Of a stretch of DNA of 64,000 bases, positions 49,858 to 62,751 are shown piece by piece; the stretch's first letter is position 1, and the number at the start of each line of letters is the position of its first letter. Under the pieces are notes generated by a model that was not told the origin of the DNA, ran no database searches, and worked only from the letters and a program-made list of their open reading frames with translations. The stretch spans positions 3,410,001 through 3,474,000 of the forward strand of contig JBHGNT010000014.1 of assembly GCA_043228905.1 (NCBI GenBank). The letters are read 5' to 3'. Source of the stretch: Azolla caroliniana. Lineage: Eukaryota; Plantae; Polypodiophyta. The translations under genes and the position numbers were made by a program.

Positions 49858-50194
49858 ATGAGAGAGAGAGAGAGAGAGACACACACACACACACACACAC
49901 ACACATAGTATACGCAAGGTTAAGTATATTAACAAAGGATAAAGACACGACTCAATACAAGGTGGGAGGAGGGTGCTTTATATAGTCACCCTCTCTCTTC
50001 ATTAACTACAAGACTCATGGAGCATGGGGAATGTGAAAGCTCATAAGTTATGTGCCATAGAATATGATTCTATGACTCATACTAAATGCTAGAATACAAA
50101 GAGGTGACATAATGGTGACTCTTGACCGTTGGAGTGTCTATTCACTCTCAAGGTGAGTTCACACACTAGATCAAGTTGAGCTTGATTCTCAACA
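49735..50194. mobile_element. Solo LTR inserted in the gag of chromovirus 2
   Basis: Termini TGTAAAGAATCAAG...CTTGATTCTCAACA; flanks GAACG/GAACA; gag FDGT|R resumes after it. Confidence 0.8.
49785..49905. repeat. Compound microsatellite (TG)n(AG)n(CA)n
   Basis: Directly visible in the sequence. Confidence 0.95.
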
Positions 50195-52381
50195 GAACAC
50201 GATCATAGTTTAGCGGATTCCTTAATTAGGTACGATTAGTCATTGAAATGCGTCCTTCCCGATATCCCACCGATGCATCACGAGTGGGTCTAGTACGCAC
50301 GTTGTTAAGTGGCTCACGAGTGATACATGTTGTAGAGCAAAGATGTCCATATGGTTTATTGGAACAATTACCAATTCCAAGCAACCCGTGGCAATCCATT
50401 TCTCTAGATTTCATCACAGATCTTCCAGTATCAAAGGGATTCGATTCGATCTTAACAATAGTAGATTGATATATGAAGATGGCACATTTTCTACCTTGTA
50501 CTAAGGAAATCACTAGTGAAGAAACCGCTGAAACTGTCATGCGAGAAGAATGTCGGCATCATGGCCTCCCCGATAGCATCATCGGCTAATTCGTCTCGAA
50601 ATTGTGGAAGAATCTTTTCAAAATGCTCGAGGTCACTTGTAATCTCTCCTCCGGCTATCACCTACAAACAGACAAACAAGTAGAACGAACAAATCAAATG
50701 CTGGAACAATATATTCAGTGTTTTCTAAGTTATCAACAAGATGATTGGGTGAATATTCTCCACTTTGCGGAATTTGCGTATAATAACTTTGTCCACTCAT
50801 CGACTAGGGTTACACCATTTTATGCTTATACGGGCTATCATCCCTAATGGTATATATTCGAAAATCGTTACCCACAAATCCTTGTGCATGGGATCGTTTG
50901 GAGCGGCCACGCAAGATACCAACGAACGTATCTACTCATTTACAACAAGTCCAACAAACACAGAAGGATTATGCGGATCGTCATCGGAATCCATCCAGAT
51001 TTAACATTGGAGATCAGGTATGGCTATTACGACAACACATCAACTCGCCCATGTGATAAATTGGATTATCAGCGATTAGGTTCTTTTTGTATTATCAGAA
51101 AAAGTAATGATGTCGCTTTTCGTCTCGATCTACCTCCGCAACTACGCATACATCCGGTTTTTCATAGTTCTCTTCTCGAACCGTATCATGACAACACTAT
51201 CCTGAATCGTATTATACCACCTCCGCCCTCCATCGAGCTTGAAGCCAGACCAGAGTACGAAGTAGCGGCCATCCTCAATTCCAAGATTGTTCGCTCCAAG
51301 CTCTACTATTTGGTCGATTGGCTAGGCTATAGTCCAAGCGAGCGTACTTGGGAACCAATCAAGAATGTGGTAAATGCTCGAGCTCTTGTTGAGGACTTTC
51401 ATCGACGATATCCCAACAAGCCACGCCCTCCATCTAAAGATGACTCATAGCACTCGTCATCTTAAGGGGGGGGGGGGGGGGGGGGGTGTAGTGTCATGAT
51501 TTAGCATGGTATGGCTTCAAAAGAAAGGATTTGAACCCATGACCTTGTGGCACATGGGCAAAAGCCTTACCATTGAGCTATATATTGTAATACAAAAAAT
51601 ATTATTTCTATTTATTATTTCACTTAGGAAATCCATGTATATTCTAGATTTCTCTAGAACGTTCTAGAAATGTCAAGAGTATTCCTAATTCCCTCTCTGT
51701 TTCAGTACTATTCTTGACACCAACATCTCACGAAATCTTCCTTCTTCCTTTGGTAAGAGGAACCATTGATCCGGAGTTTCTTCTAGGTCTCATTCGTGTC
51801 AAATCTCCACAAACTTTCGAAGTGTCAAATCTCCCAATACTTTTTTCCTCTTTTGTTCACTATTGGTAGGTAACGGTCCCATAGACGGTTTCACCTTCTT
51901 TTCTACAGTCTTGTATTTCGTACATACCATTGATTCTTCTTTGCAGAGCACATCTGGCCCCATGTCCGCTATCGAGAACCTTTGTTTCCATCTGTGAAAT
52001 CGTGATAACAAGTTGCCTAAGGCGAAATGTGAGATCTCATCTTGCATGAAGAAATTTTGGTCAATCCAATCCATGATTGGTGTTTATAGGCCACTTCCCC
52101 TTCCGGTAGAACCCCTTGCACATTAGATTGATCTCCAATCCATGATCAATCAATACAACTACATGCTCTTTGATATTTCCAATTCGGACCGAAGTCTCCC
52201 TAGTTGCTCGTGCCCTATGTGGCTTTGTGTAGTGAAAGTTTGGAATCTCATCCTCAACTTTCGTGTCATTCATTAAAATGGTATTCGCATTCACCCTTGG
52301 AGCGTTTGATTCCTTCGTAGCTTGCCTCTTTCTTTTCACGAGATCCACAAGGATATCATGGAACTCTTTCTTTACTATTGG

Positions 52382-52832
52382 TGTTAGAGCTAGCTACTAA
52401 TGTAAGCAAATGATAAGGATATAATAGATATATAAATAAGAGAGGAGAGAGAAAGAAGGGTATCGATCCACCTAATCACCCTCGAGCAAAGGGATTGAGA
52501 CGAACTCGAGCCTCGATCGGCATCCTATACCACCGTCGTGGCGTTGAGTCATACATGTTGTTGGTGCGCTCGCTACAAGAGTTAACCCTCCACAATGACA
52601 AAGTCTGGACGTAGTCAATAATGTGTCTAATGAGGGTAGTTAGGCCTCATATTTATAGCCAGACCTAAGGGCCCCATGCAAGTTCACAGTTGGCCTAATG
52701 GGTTGTCCCAATCCGAAGTATTAAAAGCAATCCTTTCTTTCTTTACGCTCTCTTTTAACCCTCACAGTTCATCCCCGTGTATAGAATACTACGATAAAAC
52801 TTACCATGAGATATGGTCATATGCCCATAACA
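52382..52832 (-). mobile_element. Solo LTR of the same family as the LTR at 13734/48274
   Basis: TGTTAG...ATAACA termini, TSD ATTGG on both sides, alignable to 13734-13763 + 47851-48274. Confidence 0.88.
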
Positions 52833-54469
52833 ATTGGATTTTGTGGAATGACATCCTCTAGAAGAAAGGGGATGTGCCAATTCATTACAAATTGAGGTTT
52901 TGGTGACATGAAGGTTGTTGAGGTGGGAAGGTAAACAAATTCTTAATCTTTAATTTAATCAGATGGCTAGCTTGGGTTTGGTGATGGTCAAAGATGTTAT
53001 GTTGGTGTCACAAAGGAGGTTAATGGCCTTTCAAACAACAAATCAAAATTTTGTATTCCAAAAGGTTATACCTTTATTTGGGATAAGTTGCAAGAATTAT
53101 TATCCTCATATGAGCCGATTCTTGATTTAGATGGTGGATGTCAAGAGCTTGATTGGACGTTTGTTGAAAAGAAGAGATTAATTACATATTATCTCAACAA
53201 ATAATGCTTAAACCAAGTTGATTGGCAAACATAAGTGGATAAAAGAAAGGGTTATGAAAATATGGGGTTTTCATAAGCCCATACATGTTGGTTTCATGTC
53301 ATCAAGGCAAGTTGGGGTTCTCAATTGATGCTATAAGCTAAGGTATTCATTTGGAGAGTTGTGGTTAGACCTTTATCATTGGGGGATGCATTAAAAAAGA
53401 AATATTGGTAGAGGAACATGTTTCTTTTGTTCCATGGAAATGGAACATAGTAGGCATTGATTTCTTTCATGCTTGATGGCTAGGATGGTTTGGAGGTGTA
53501 TCAATTTAGTGTGGATATCTTTGATTGGAGTAAGCCTATCTTCCTTTAGTTATGTTTTTGCACATATGAAGAACAATGAACCAGTGCCTCATTTCCAAAT
53601 TATTTTTGAATTCATGAGGTATTGAGGGCTATGGTTCAATTAGAAAATGTGGAATTCCTTCTCTTTTGATTCGCAAGTTCGAGTGAGAAAATATGTTGTT
53701 ACAACACTAGAGAAGTCACGAAATGTCAACCATAATGAGAGAGAACTCTCCAAGGTCACATATCATCATATTCACCATTTGAATTGGTGTGTAGGGTGAC
53801 AGTGAGGTTGGAGTGATAGTGGAGTAGTATTTAGATCCAAAGATAGAAGCATTCTATACTTTGTAATAAGTTAGTCATGCTAGTGTTTTTCTTCTTTCAT
53901 AATGAAAGCCATTATTTACAAGAGAGAGAGAGGTGAAATCAAGAAAGTTAAGGAGAAGAATTAAAAAGGTGTAAAGACCTTTATTGTTCTTTAGAAAATC
54001 CAATGTCCCATGTCACATGGGGTGATCCCAATGATTTCATGTTTACTGCTTTCTTAGCACCATTGATGATATCTTTACTACTACAAGCACACAAACTTAA
54101 CAAGCATTTAGCCCACAAGAAACTCCTCTATTGTGGTTTAGTAAGATTGAAATGGAGTGGGTATCATCAATCATATATTCATGAAGAGGATATATATATA
54201 TATATTGAAGACAAATTTTCTCATTTGTTTGAAGAATTCAAGTGTTTATAATGCATTGATTACTATTATGATGCTGCTAAATGAAAATTTCATTTGATAT
54301 TAGATGAATTGGTGGATGACTTGTATTAGGTGAATCTTCTATTCATAGAGTTTGAATCTTACTAGATAGTTGGATTCATAGAGTTTGAATCTTACTAGAC
54401 AAACTGTTTAAGTACAATGTAATCAATAGTTGGAATCTTACTAGAGAGCAATCATTTTTATATCAAACA

Positions 54470-54910
54470 AATGTTTTGACAGTTACTGACCTTAGTGTGT
54501 AATGCTAGTTATTTAGTTGTAACTGTACTTATTCAACAAGATAGATGTGTAGGTTTTGAGCTCAAGAAGCTCTGAACATTGAGGTGGAAGTGATCCACAC
54601 AAGAGCTAGAGTTATATGCAACCATTCATGGTTCCACTTTGAAGGTCGCGACTGATTTTGCCACTTTGAAGTGATCTTGTACTCAATTGGAACTCAAGGG
54701 TCGTCAAAGTAGATAAGTGCAACTCATGCAAGATTTCCATATGAAAATTGAGTATTGTAGCAAGAATGTTGTTTTGAAAGTTACTGAGCCTAGTGTGTAA
54801 TGCTAGTTATTTAGTTGTAACAACTACACTTATTCAACAAGATAGATGTGTAGGTTTTGAGTGCAAGAAGCTCTCAACATTGAGGTGGAAGTGGTTTGCA
54901 CAAGAGCAAG
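54470..54910. repeat. Dispersed direct duplication of ~135 bp (54470-54607 and 54770-54908)
   Basis: Shared GTTACTGA..TAGTGTGTAATGCTAGTTATTTAGTTGTAAC..CATTGAGGTGGAAGTG. Confidence 0.75.
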
Positions 54911-55793
54911 AAAGATAATTCAATGGCTGAAACTTTATCTATACTTCTGTACTAAGTAGATGAGTTTCAGAATGTGGGACATCAAATGTTTAGACAAAAA
55001 GCTTAGAAAGTGGACATATCTTTTTAGAATAAGTGGCTTAAGGCCAGCCACATAAAGAATGCTAGTACGGGCCTTAATTCCATTAGAACACTACCTTCAA
55101 AATTCACCATTGAGCAAGGATTGCTCAAGAGAAAAGGAAAATGAACTTGCTTGTAAAATGAATATACCCCAAGAGTGTATATGTAATGAAGAAATAGTAA
55201 CTTACCTGATATATGATCCTTCAAAATTCAACATTTCAAGAATGAATATTCATATCTTGCACACAAATTGACTAGCCCAACCTAGTTGTGTACAACCTTA
55301 ATATCCAACTTTCACATTTGATTAGATAACATGCTAACAACTCATTATAGTTTATAAACAAATAGATCAGTTGTAAGATCTGGCCATCATGCAAGTTTCC
55401 GGCCATTTTGCTTGTTTTTTATGGGCCAAAAACAAGAATCAAATTATCAAACCTGAGAAGCAAAATTTCATACAAGATCAGTCTGTTGGCTTTTACCATT
55501 TTCACACCTTACCTTGTAGAAAAACTTCCTGCGTCAGTAATGCTGATGCAAATTAGATAGTCCCACAAATAAGCACGTTGATCTAGACATACAAATATAT
55601 ACCTAATGTCATACATGCATACAAATATATTTTACGTGTGTGAGAATAAGAATAAGGAAATGATATAGGTGGGGATATTCATTTGTGTATATGTACAGTA
55701 GAGTGCATACATATTACAAATAGTCCTGTATTTATTCATACGCAGATGTGCATATGCATAAGGATCTACGCATATGTATATGCATAGGCACAA

Positions 55794-56019
55794 TATGCAT
55801 AACATTTCATTTACTTCCCTGATGCTGAACATTTCGTTTATTCAGACATTGTAAATGATCATTTAGTAACCCAAATCCTGTCTCCCTTCTATAATCCCTA
55901 TTCTAATATGCATAACATTCCATTTACTTCCCTGATGCTGAACATTTAGTTTATTCAGACATTGCAAATGATCATTTAGTAACCCAAATCCTGTCTCCCT
56001 TCTATAATCCCTATTCTAA
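55794..56019. repeat. Tandem duplication, 2 x 113 bp
   Basis: Two near-identical adjacent copies with about 3 mismatches. Confidence 0.85.
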
Positions 56020-57376
56020 GTATCAAACATAGTAGAGAAAGAAGGGGAATGGGACATTTCTAACATATACCTGATAGGGTAAATCAATGAAACGGAGCAG
56101 TTGAGTATAAGATCTAACATCCTGAATCTCAGAGGAAGAAAGATCAATTATTTTCACTCGAGAACATCCTGTACATCTCTTCAAAGTGAAGAGAGAAAAA
56201 AACAGACAGACAGATGTATACATAGATATGTGTGTGTTTTCACAGTGGTTCAGCAACTTTTTGGGTCTCCTTTCTCTCCGTTCTGACCTGCAATGTAAAC
56301 AACGAAGCTATGGCTCTCTCTGTCTCTCTCTCTCTCTCTCTCCTCTCTGGTTAATTTGTCAATGTCTGAACATGTCAGGTTACATACAAGAAAACATCTA
56401 AATGTCACCACATTACTACTTGTTTTTTCTTTTCTGCTGCTTATTTTTGCTCATTCTTAACCATCCCATTATAACTTCATACCTGAGAGTCAGACAAAGA
56501 TGCTTAGGACAGACAACAGAGTAAAATACTAGAATTTCAAACCCAGTATTTCCTTCAAAAGACAAGAAATTAGAAACATTTCAGTAGTTTAATGAGAATG
56601 CAAATGAGTCAGAAGCTGCTGGAGAACACTGCAAGAGCACTATTTTCAAGTCGATATATAAAGAAATGTACGTTATATTCGATACTTTCTCATTCGCTCA
56701 GTAGATGGCATTTGAATCAGACCATCATATTTCGCCACCATACTGATGCTCAGGCAAAAGAGACTGTTGAGAAGACCATATACGCAGTTCTACAGGCAAT
56801 ACGGAGGTTCATACCACAATATCTCCTGTCAGAAGAAACTCATAACACTTTCAGAAGAAGAACCTTGTGAGACAAGCAGACATCAAGGTCCACTACTATG
56901 CCAAACCTTTACAAAGAACATGATGACTTGAAACTTGAAATCAAAACTACATAATTGCAAAATCAACCTCATTAAGGTCATATCTTACGCAACAAAACGA
57001 TATCCATATATAACCGACCATATTTAAGCCACCACAATCATACATATCTCCAAAATATAAAACAAACACATCTCCCCAATATTTAAAAGAAAGAAGAAAA
57101 GTTTTACACAAAACTATGCAGAGTGAATTGGTTAGGGCGTAAGAGGCTTTATGGGGTGGGCATGAGTGGCGAGGTTCGAATCCGGGCAGGGGATATATAT
57201 ATATATACATGTAGTCTTTCTCTAGGATCCAAAGCCTTAGCCTTAGCCTTCGCCGGCGCCCGTCGCGCGTGCGGTTGGGACGGTGACGTGGTGGGTCCCT
57301 CGATCTTAGTTGTCCTCGTAGAGCATTTTTGTGTAGGTTGGCATAGCATTAGTACCTCGGAACGCAGGGCACTGTC

Positions 57377-57495
57377 GTGGTGCGGTCATACCAGCGCTAA
57401 TACACCGGATCCCATCAGAACTCCGCAGTTAAGCGCGCTTGGGCCAGAACAGTACTGGGATGGGTGACCTCCCGGGAAGTCCTGGTGCTGCACCC
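57377..57495 (+). rRNA. 5S rRNA
   Basis: GTGGTGCGGTCATACC..AGTTAAGCGCGC (box A)..GGATGGGTGACC (box C)..GCACCC, followed by T5. Confidence 0.97.
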
Positions 57496-57500
57496 TTTTT
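57496..57500 (+). terminator. Pol III terminator (T5), present in every unit
   Basis: TTTTT directly after the 5S gene. Confidence 0.85.
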
Positions 57501-57956
57501 GCTTCGAGTCGTGTTCTTTTCGTGCACAGTACAGGGATGGGTGACCACCCGGGAAGTCCTGGGCACGGGTTGCGTTCTTTTCCCGCCGGAGCCGTTCCCG
57601 TGCGCGTGGGCCTCTTGGCATTCGTAGAGGCGGACGAGAGCATAGGATGGGTGACGCGTAATGGGGGGCATTGTCATTCGGTGTGGGTTGAGAGTGTCAT
57701 CCGTATCAACGAGAGGGCGTAAGAGGCTTTATGGGGTGGGCATGAGTGGCGAGGTTCGAATCCGGGCAGGGGATATATATATATATACATGTAGTCTTTC
57801 TCTAGGATCCAAAGCCTTAGCCTTAGCCTTCGCCGGCGCCCGTCGCGCGTGCGGTTGGGACGGTGACGTGGTGGGTCCCTCGATCTTAGTTGTCCTCGTA
57901 GAGCATTTTTGTGTAGGTTGGCATAGCATTAGTACCTCGGAACGCAGGGCACTGTC

Positions 57957-58075
57957 GTGGTGCGGTCATACCAGCGCTAATACACCGGATCCCATCAGAA
58001 CTCCGCAGTTAAGCGCGCTTGGGCCAGAACAGTACTGGGATGGGTGACCTCCCGGGAAGTCCTGGTGCTGCACCC
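57957..58075 (+). rRNA. 5S rRNA
   Basis: Identical copy. Confidence 0.97.
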
Positions 58076-58536
58076 TTTTTGCTTCGAGTCGTGTTCTTTT
58101 CGTGCACAGTACAGGGATGGGTGACCACCCGGGAAGTCCTGGGCACGGGTTGCGTTCTTTTCCCGCCGGAGCCGTTCCCGTGCGCGTGGGCCTCTTGGCA
58201 TTCGTAGAGGCGGACGAGAGCATAGGATGGGTGACGCGTAATGGGGGGCATTGTCATTCGGTGTGGGTTGAGAGTGTCATCCGTATCAACGAGAGGGCGT
58301 AAGAGGCTTTATGGGGTGGGCATGAGTGGCGAGGTTCGAATCCGGGCAGGGGATATATATATATATACATGTAGTCTTTCTCTAGGATCCAAAGCCTTAG
58401 CCTTAGCCTTCGCCGGCGCCCGTCGCGCGTGCGGTTGGGACGGTGACGTGGTGGGTCCCTCGATCTTAGTTGTCCTCGTAGAGCATTTTTGTGTAGGTTG
58501 GCATAGCATTAGTACCTCGGAACGCAGGGCACTGTC

Positions 58537-58655
58537 GTGGTGCGGTCATACCAGCGCTAATACACCGGATCCCATCAGAACTCCGCAGTTAAGCGCGCTT
58601 GGGCCAGAACAGTACTGGGATGGGTGACCTCCCGGGAAGTCCTGGTGCTGCACCC
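58537..58655 (+). rRNA. 5S rRNA
   Basis: Identical copy. Confidence 0.97.
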
Positions 58656-59116
58656 TTTTTGCTTCGAGTCGTGTTCTTTTCGTGCACAGTACAGGGATGG
58701 GTGACCACCCGGGAAGTCCTGGGCACGGGTTGCGTTCTTTTCCCGCCGGAGCCGTTCCCGTGCGCGTGGGCCTCTTGGCATTCGTAGAGGCGGACGAGAG
58801 CATAGGATGGGTGACGCGTAATGGGGGGCATTGTCATTCGGTGTGGGTTGAGAGTGTCATCCGTATCAACGAGAGGGCGTAAGAGGCTTTATGGGGTGGG
58901 CATGAGTGGCGAGGTTCGAATCCGGGCAGGGGATATATATATATATACATGTAGTCTTTCTCTAGGATCCAAAGCCTTAGCCTTAGCCTTCGCCGGCGCC
59001 CGTCGCGCGTGCGGTTGGGACGGTGACGTGGTGGGTCCCTCGATCTTAGTTGTCCTCGTAGAGCATTTTTGTGTAGGTTGGCATAGCATTAGTACCTCGG
59101 AACGCAGGGCACTGTC

Positions 59117-59235
59117 GTGGTGCGGTCATACCAGCGCTAATACACCGGATCCCATCAGAACTCCGCAGTTAAGCGCGCTTGGGCCAGAACAGTACTGGGA
59201 TGGGTGACCTCCCGGGAAGTCCTGGTGCTGCACCC
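59117..59235 (+). rRNA. 5S rRNA
   Basis: Identical copy. Confidence 0.97.
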
Positions 59236-59696
59236 TTTTTGCTTCGAGTCGTGTTCTTTTCGTGCACAGTACAGGGATGGGTGACCACCCGGGAAGTCCT
59301 GGGCACGGGTTGCGTTCTTTTCCCGCCGGAGCCGTTCCCGTGCGCGTGGGCCTCTTGGCATTCGTAGAGGCGGACGAGAGCATAGGATGGGTGACGCGTA
59401 ATGGGGGGCATTGTCATTCGGTGTGGGTTGAGAGTGTCATCCGTATCAACGAGAGGGCGTAAGAGGCTTTATGGGGTGGGCATGAGTGGCGAGGTTCGAA
59501 TCCGGGCAGGGGATATATATATATATACATGTAGTCTTTCTCTAGGATCCAAAGCCTTAGCCTTAGCCTTCGCCGGCGCCCGTCGCGCGTGCGGTTGGGA
59601 CGGTGACGTGGTGGGTCCCTCGATCTTAGTTGTCCTCGTAGAGCATTTTTGTGTAGGTTGGCATAGCATTAGTACCTCGGAACGCAGGGCACTGTC

Positions 59697-59815
59697 GTGG
59701 TGCGGTCATACCAGCGCTAATACACCGGATCCCATCAGAACTCCGCAGTTAAGCGCGCTTGGGCCAGAACAGTACTGGGATGGGTGACCTCCCGGGAAGT
59801 CCTGGTGCTGCACCC
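59697..59815 (+). rRNA. 5S rRNA
   Basis: Identical copy. Confidence 0.97.
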
Positions 59816-60286
59816 TTTTTGCTTCGAGTCGTGTTCTTTTCGTGCACAGTACAGGGATGGGTGACCACCCGGGAAGTCCTGGGCACGGGTTGCGTTCTTT
59901 TCCCGCCGGAGCCGTTCCCGTGCGCGTGGGCCTCTTGGCATTCGTAGAGGCGGACGAGAGCATAGGATGGGTGACGCGTAATGGGGGGCATTGTCATTCG
60001 GTGTGGGTTGAGAGTGTCATCCGTATCAACGAGAGGGCGTAAGAGGCTTTATGGGGTGGGCATGAGTGGCGAGGTTCGAATCCGGGCAGGGGATATATAT
60101 ATGTATATATATATATACATGTAGTCTTTCTCTAGGATCCAAAGCCTTAGCCTTAGCCTTCGCCGGCGCCCGTCGCGCGTGCGGTTGGGACGGTGACGTG
60201 GTGGGTCCCTCGATCTTAGTTGTCCTCGTAGAGCATTTTTGTGTAGGTTGGCATAGCATTAGTACCTCGGAACGCAGGGCACTGTC

Positions 60287-60405
60287 GTGGTGCGGTCATA
60301 CCAGCGCTAATACACCGGATCCCATCAGAACTCCGCAGTTAAGCGCGCTTGGGCCAGAACAGTACTGGGATGGGTGACCTCCCGGGAAGTCCTGGTGCTG
60401 CACCC
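60287..60405 (+). rRNA. 5S rRNA
   Basis: Identical copy. Confidence 0.97.
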
Positions 60406-60866
60406 TTTTTGCTTCGAGTCGTGTTCTTTTCGTGCACAGTACAGGGATGGGTGACCACCCGGGAAGTCCTGGGCACGGGTTGCGTTCTTTTCCCGCCGGA
60501 GCCGTTCCCGTGCGCGTGGGCCTCTTGGCATTCGTAGAGGCGGACGAGAGCATAGGATGGGTGACGCGTAATGGGGGGCATTGTCATTCGGTGTGGGTTG
60601 AGAGTGTCATCCGTATCAACGAGAGGGCGTAAGAGGCTTTATGGGGTGGGCATGAGTGGCGAGGTTCGAATCCGGGCAGGGGATATATATATATATACAT
60701 GTAGTCTTTCTCTAGGATCCAAAGCCTTAGCCTTAGCCTTCGCCGGCGCCCGTCGCGCGTGCGGTTGGGACGGTGACGTGGTGGGTCCCTCGATCTTAGT
60801 TGTCCTCGTAGAGCATTTTTGTGTAGGTTGGCATAGCATTAGTACCTCGGAACGCAGGGCACTGTC

Positions 60867-60985
60867 GTGGTGCGGTCATACTAGCGCTAATACACCGGAT
60901 CCCATCAGAACTCCGCAGTTAAGCGCGCTTGGGCCAGAACAGTACTGGGATGGGTGACCTCCCGGGAAGTCCTGGTGCTGCACCC
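60867..60985 (+). rRNA. 5S rRNA, variant with C>T at 60882
   Basis: CATACTAGC instead of CATACCAGC. Confidence 0.95.
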
Positions 60986-61446
60986 TTTTTGCTTCGAGTC
61001 GTGTTCTTTTCGTGCACAGTACAGGGATGGGTGACCACCCGGGAAGTCCTGGGCACGGGTTGCGTTCTTTTCCCGCCGGAGCCGTTCCCGTGCGCGTGGG
61101 CCTCTTGGCATTCGTAGAGGCGGACGAGAGCATAGGATGGGTGACGCGTAATGGGGGGCATTGTCATTCGGTGTGGGTTGAGAGTGTCATCCGTATCAAC
61201 GAGAGGGCGTAAGAGGCTTTATGGGGTGGGCATGAGTGGCGAGGTTCGAATCCGGGCAGGGGATATATATATATATACATGTAGTCTTTCTCTAGGATCC
61301 AAAGCCTTAGCCTTAGCCTTCGCCGGCGCCCGTCGCGCGTGCGGTTGGGACGGTGACGTGGTGGGTCCCTCGATCTTAGTTGTCCTCGTAGAGCATTTTT
61401 GTGTAGGTTGGCATAGCATTAGTACCTCGGAACGCAGGGCACTGTC

Positions 61447-61565
61447 GTGGTGCGGTCATACCAGCGCTAATACACCGGATCCCATCAGAACTCCGCAGTT
61501 AAGCGCGCTTGGGCCAGAACAGTACTGGGATGGGTGACCTCCCGGGAAGTCCTGGTGCTGCACCC
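61447..61565 (+). rRNA. 5S rRNA
   Basis: Identical copy. Confidence 0.97.
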
Positions 61566-62042
61566 TTTTTGCTTCGAGTCGTGTTCTTTTCGTGCACAGT
61601 ACAGGGATGGGTGACCACCCGGGAAGTCCTGGGCACGGGTTGCGTTCTTTTCCCGCCGGAGCCGTAGCCGTTCCCGTGCGCGTGGGCCTCTTGGCATTCG
61701 TAGAGGCGGACGAGAGCATAGGATGGGTGACGCGTAATGGGGGGCATTGTCATTCGGTGTGGGTTGAGAGTGTCATCCGTATCAACGAGAGGGCGTAAGA
61801 GGCTTTATGGGGTGGGCATGAGTGGCGAGGTTCGAATCCGGGCAGGGGATATATATATGTATATATATATATACATGTAGTCTTTCTCTAGGATCCAAAG
61901 CCTTAGCCTTAGCCTTCGCCGGCGCCCGTCGCGCGTGCGGTTGGGACGGTGACGTGGTGGGTCCCTCGATCTTAGTTGTCCTCGTAGAGCATTTTTGTGT
62001 AGGTTGGCATAGCATTAGTACCTCGGAACGCAGGGCACTGTC

Positions 62043-62161
62043 GTGGTGCGGTCATACCAGCGCTAATACACCGGATCCCATCAGAACTCCGCAGTTAAGC
62101 GCGCTTGGGCCAGAACAGTACTGGGATGGGTGACCTCCCGGGAAGTCCTGGTGCTGCACCC
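62043..62161 (+). rRNA. 5S rRNA
   Basis: Identical copy. Confidence 0.97.
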
Positions 62162-62632
62162 TTTTTGCTTCGAGTCGTGTTCTTTTCGTGCACAGTACAG
62201 GGATGGGTGACCACCCGGGAAGTCCTGGGCACGGGTTGCGTTCTTTTCCCGCCGGAGCCGTTCCCGTGCGCGTGGGCCTCTTGGCATTCGTAGAGGCGGA
62301 CGAGAGCATAGGATGGGTGACGCGTAATGGGGGGCATTGTCATTCGGTGTGGGTTGAGAGTGTCATCCGTATCAACGAGAGGGCGTAAGAGGCTTTATGG
62401 GGTGGGCATGAGTGGCGAGGTTCGAATCCGGGCAGGGGATATATATATGTATATATATATATACATGTAGTCTTTCTCTAGGATCCAAAGCCTTAGCCTT
62501 AGCCTTCGCCGGCGCCCGTCGCGCGTGCGGTTGGGACGGTGACGTGGTGGGTCCCTCGATCTTAGTTGTCCTCGTAGAGCATTTTTGTGTAGGTTGGCAT
62601 AGCATTAGTACCTCGGAACGCAGGGCACTGTC

Positions 62633-62751
62633 GTGGTGCGGTCATACCAGCGCTAATACACCGGATCCCATCAGAACTCCGCAGTTAAGCGCGCTTGGGC
62701 CAGAACAGTACTGGGATGGGTGACCTCCCGGGAAGTCCTGGTGCTGCACCC
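62633..62751 (+). rRNA. 5S rRNA
   Basis: Identical copy. Confidence 0.97.

Larger units (their letters stand above)
48815..51719 (+). mobile_element. Chromovirus 2, an internally deleted relative of chromovirus 1
   Basis: TSD CCAAC; 5' LTR 48815-49378 with a ~145-bp internal duplication; deleted 3' LTR 51492-51719; gag 5' part joined to integrase and chromodomain at ~50318; G21 PPT. Confidence 0.88.
11960..52870 (-). mobile_element. Old degenerate Ty3/gypsy H, the outermost host. Pieces at about 11960-12261, 48280-48814, 51725-52381 and beyond 52837
   Basis: Protease VVVLIDHG (~52150); RT WFMVPKKNGSLRFIQDL, GDLYSGYDQ, LPQG, NKVLRDCIP (48280-48600), continuing as EITMSFLDDIP at ~12255. Outer limits are approximate. 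Confidence 0.75.

Noticed and set aside
55050-56940. Possible minus-strand spliced host gene (several CAG|GTAAG or GTATG donor-like and YAG acceptor-like sites)
   Set aside because: I could not assemble a consistent coding frame or recognise a product; RNA-seq would be needed.
57233-57251. (GCCTTA)3 as a telomeric repeat
   Set aside because: It is not TTTAGGG/TTAGGG on either strand and has only three copies.
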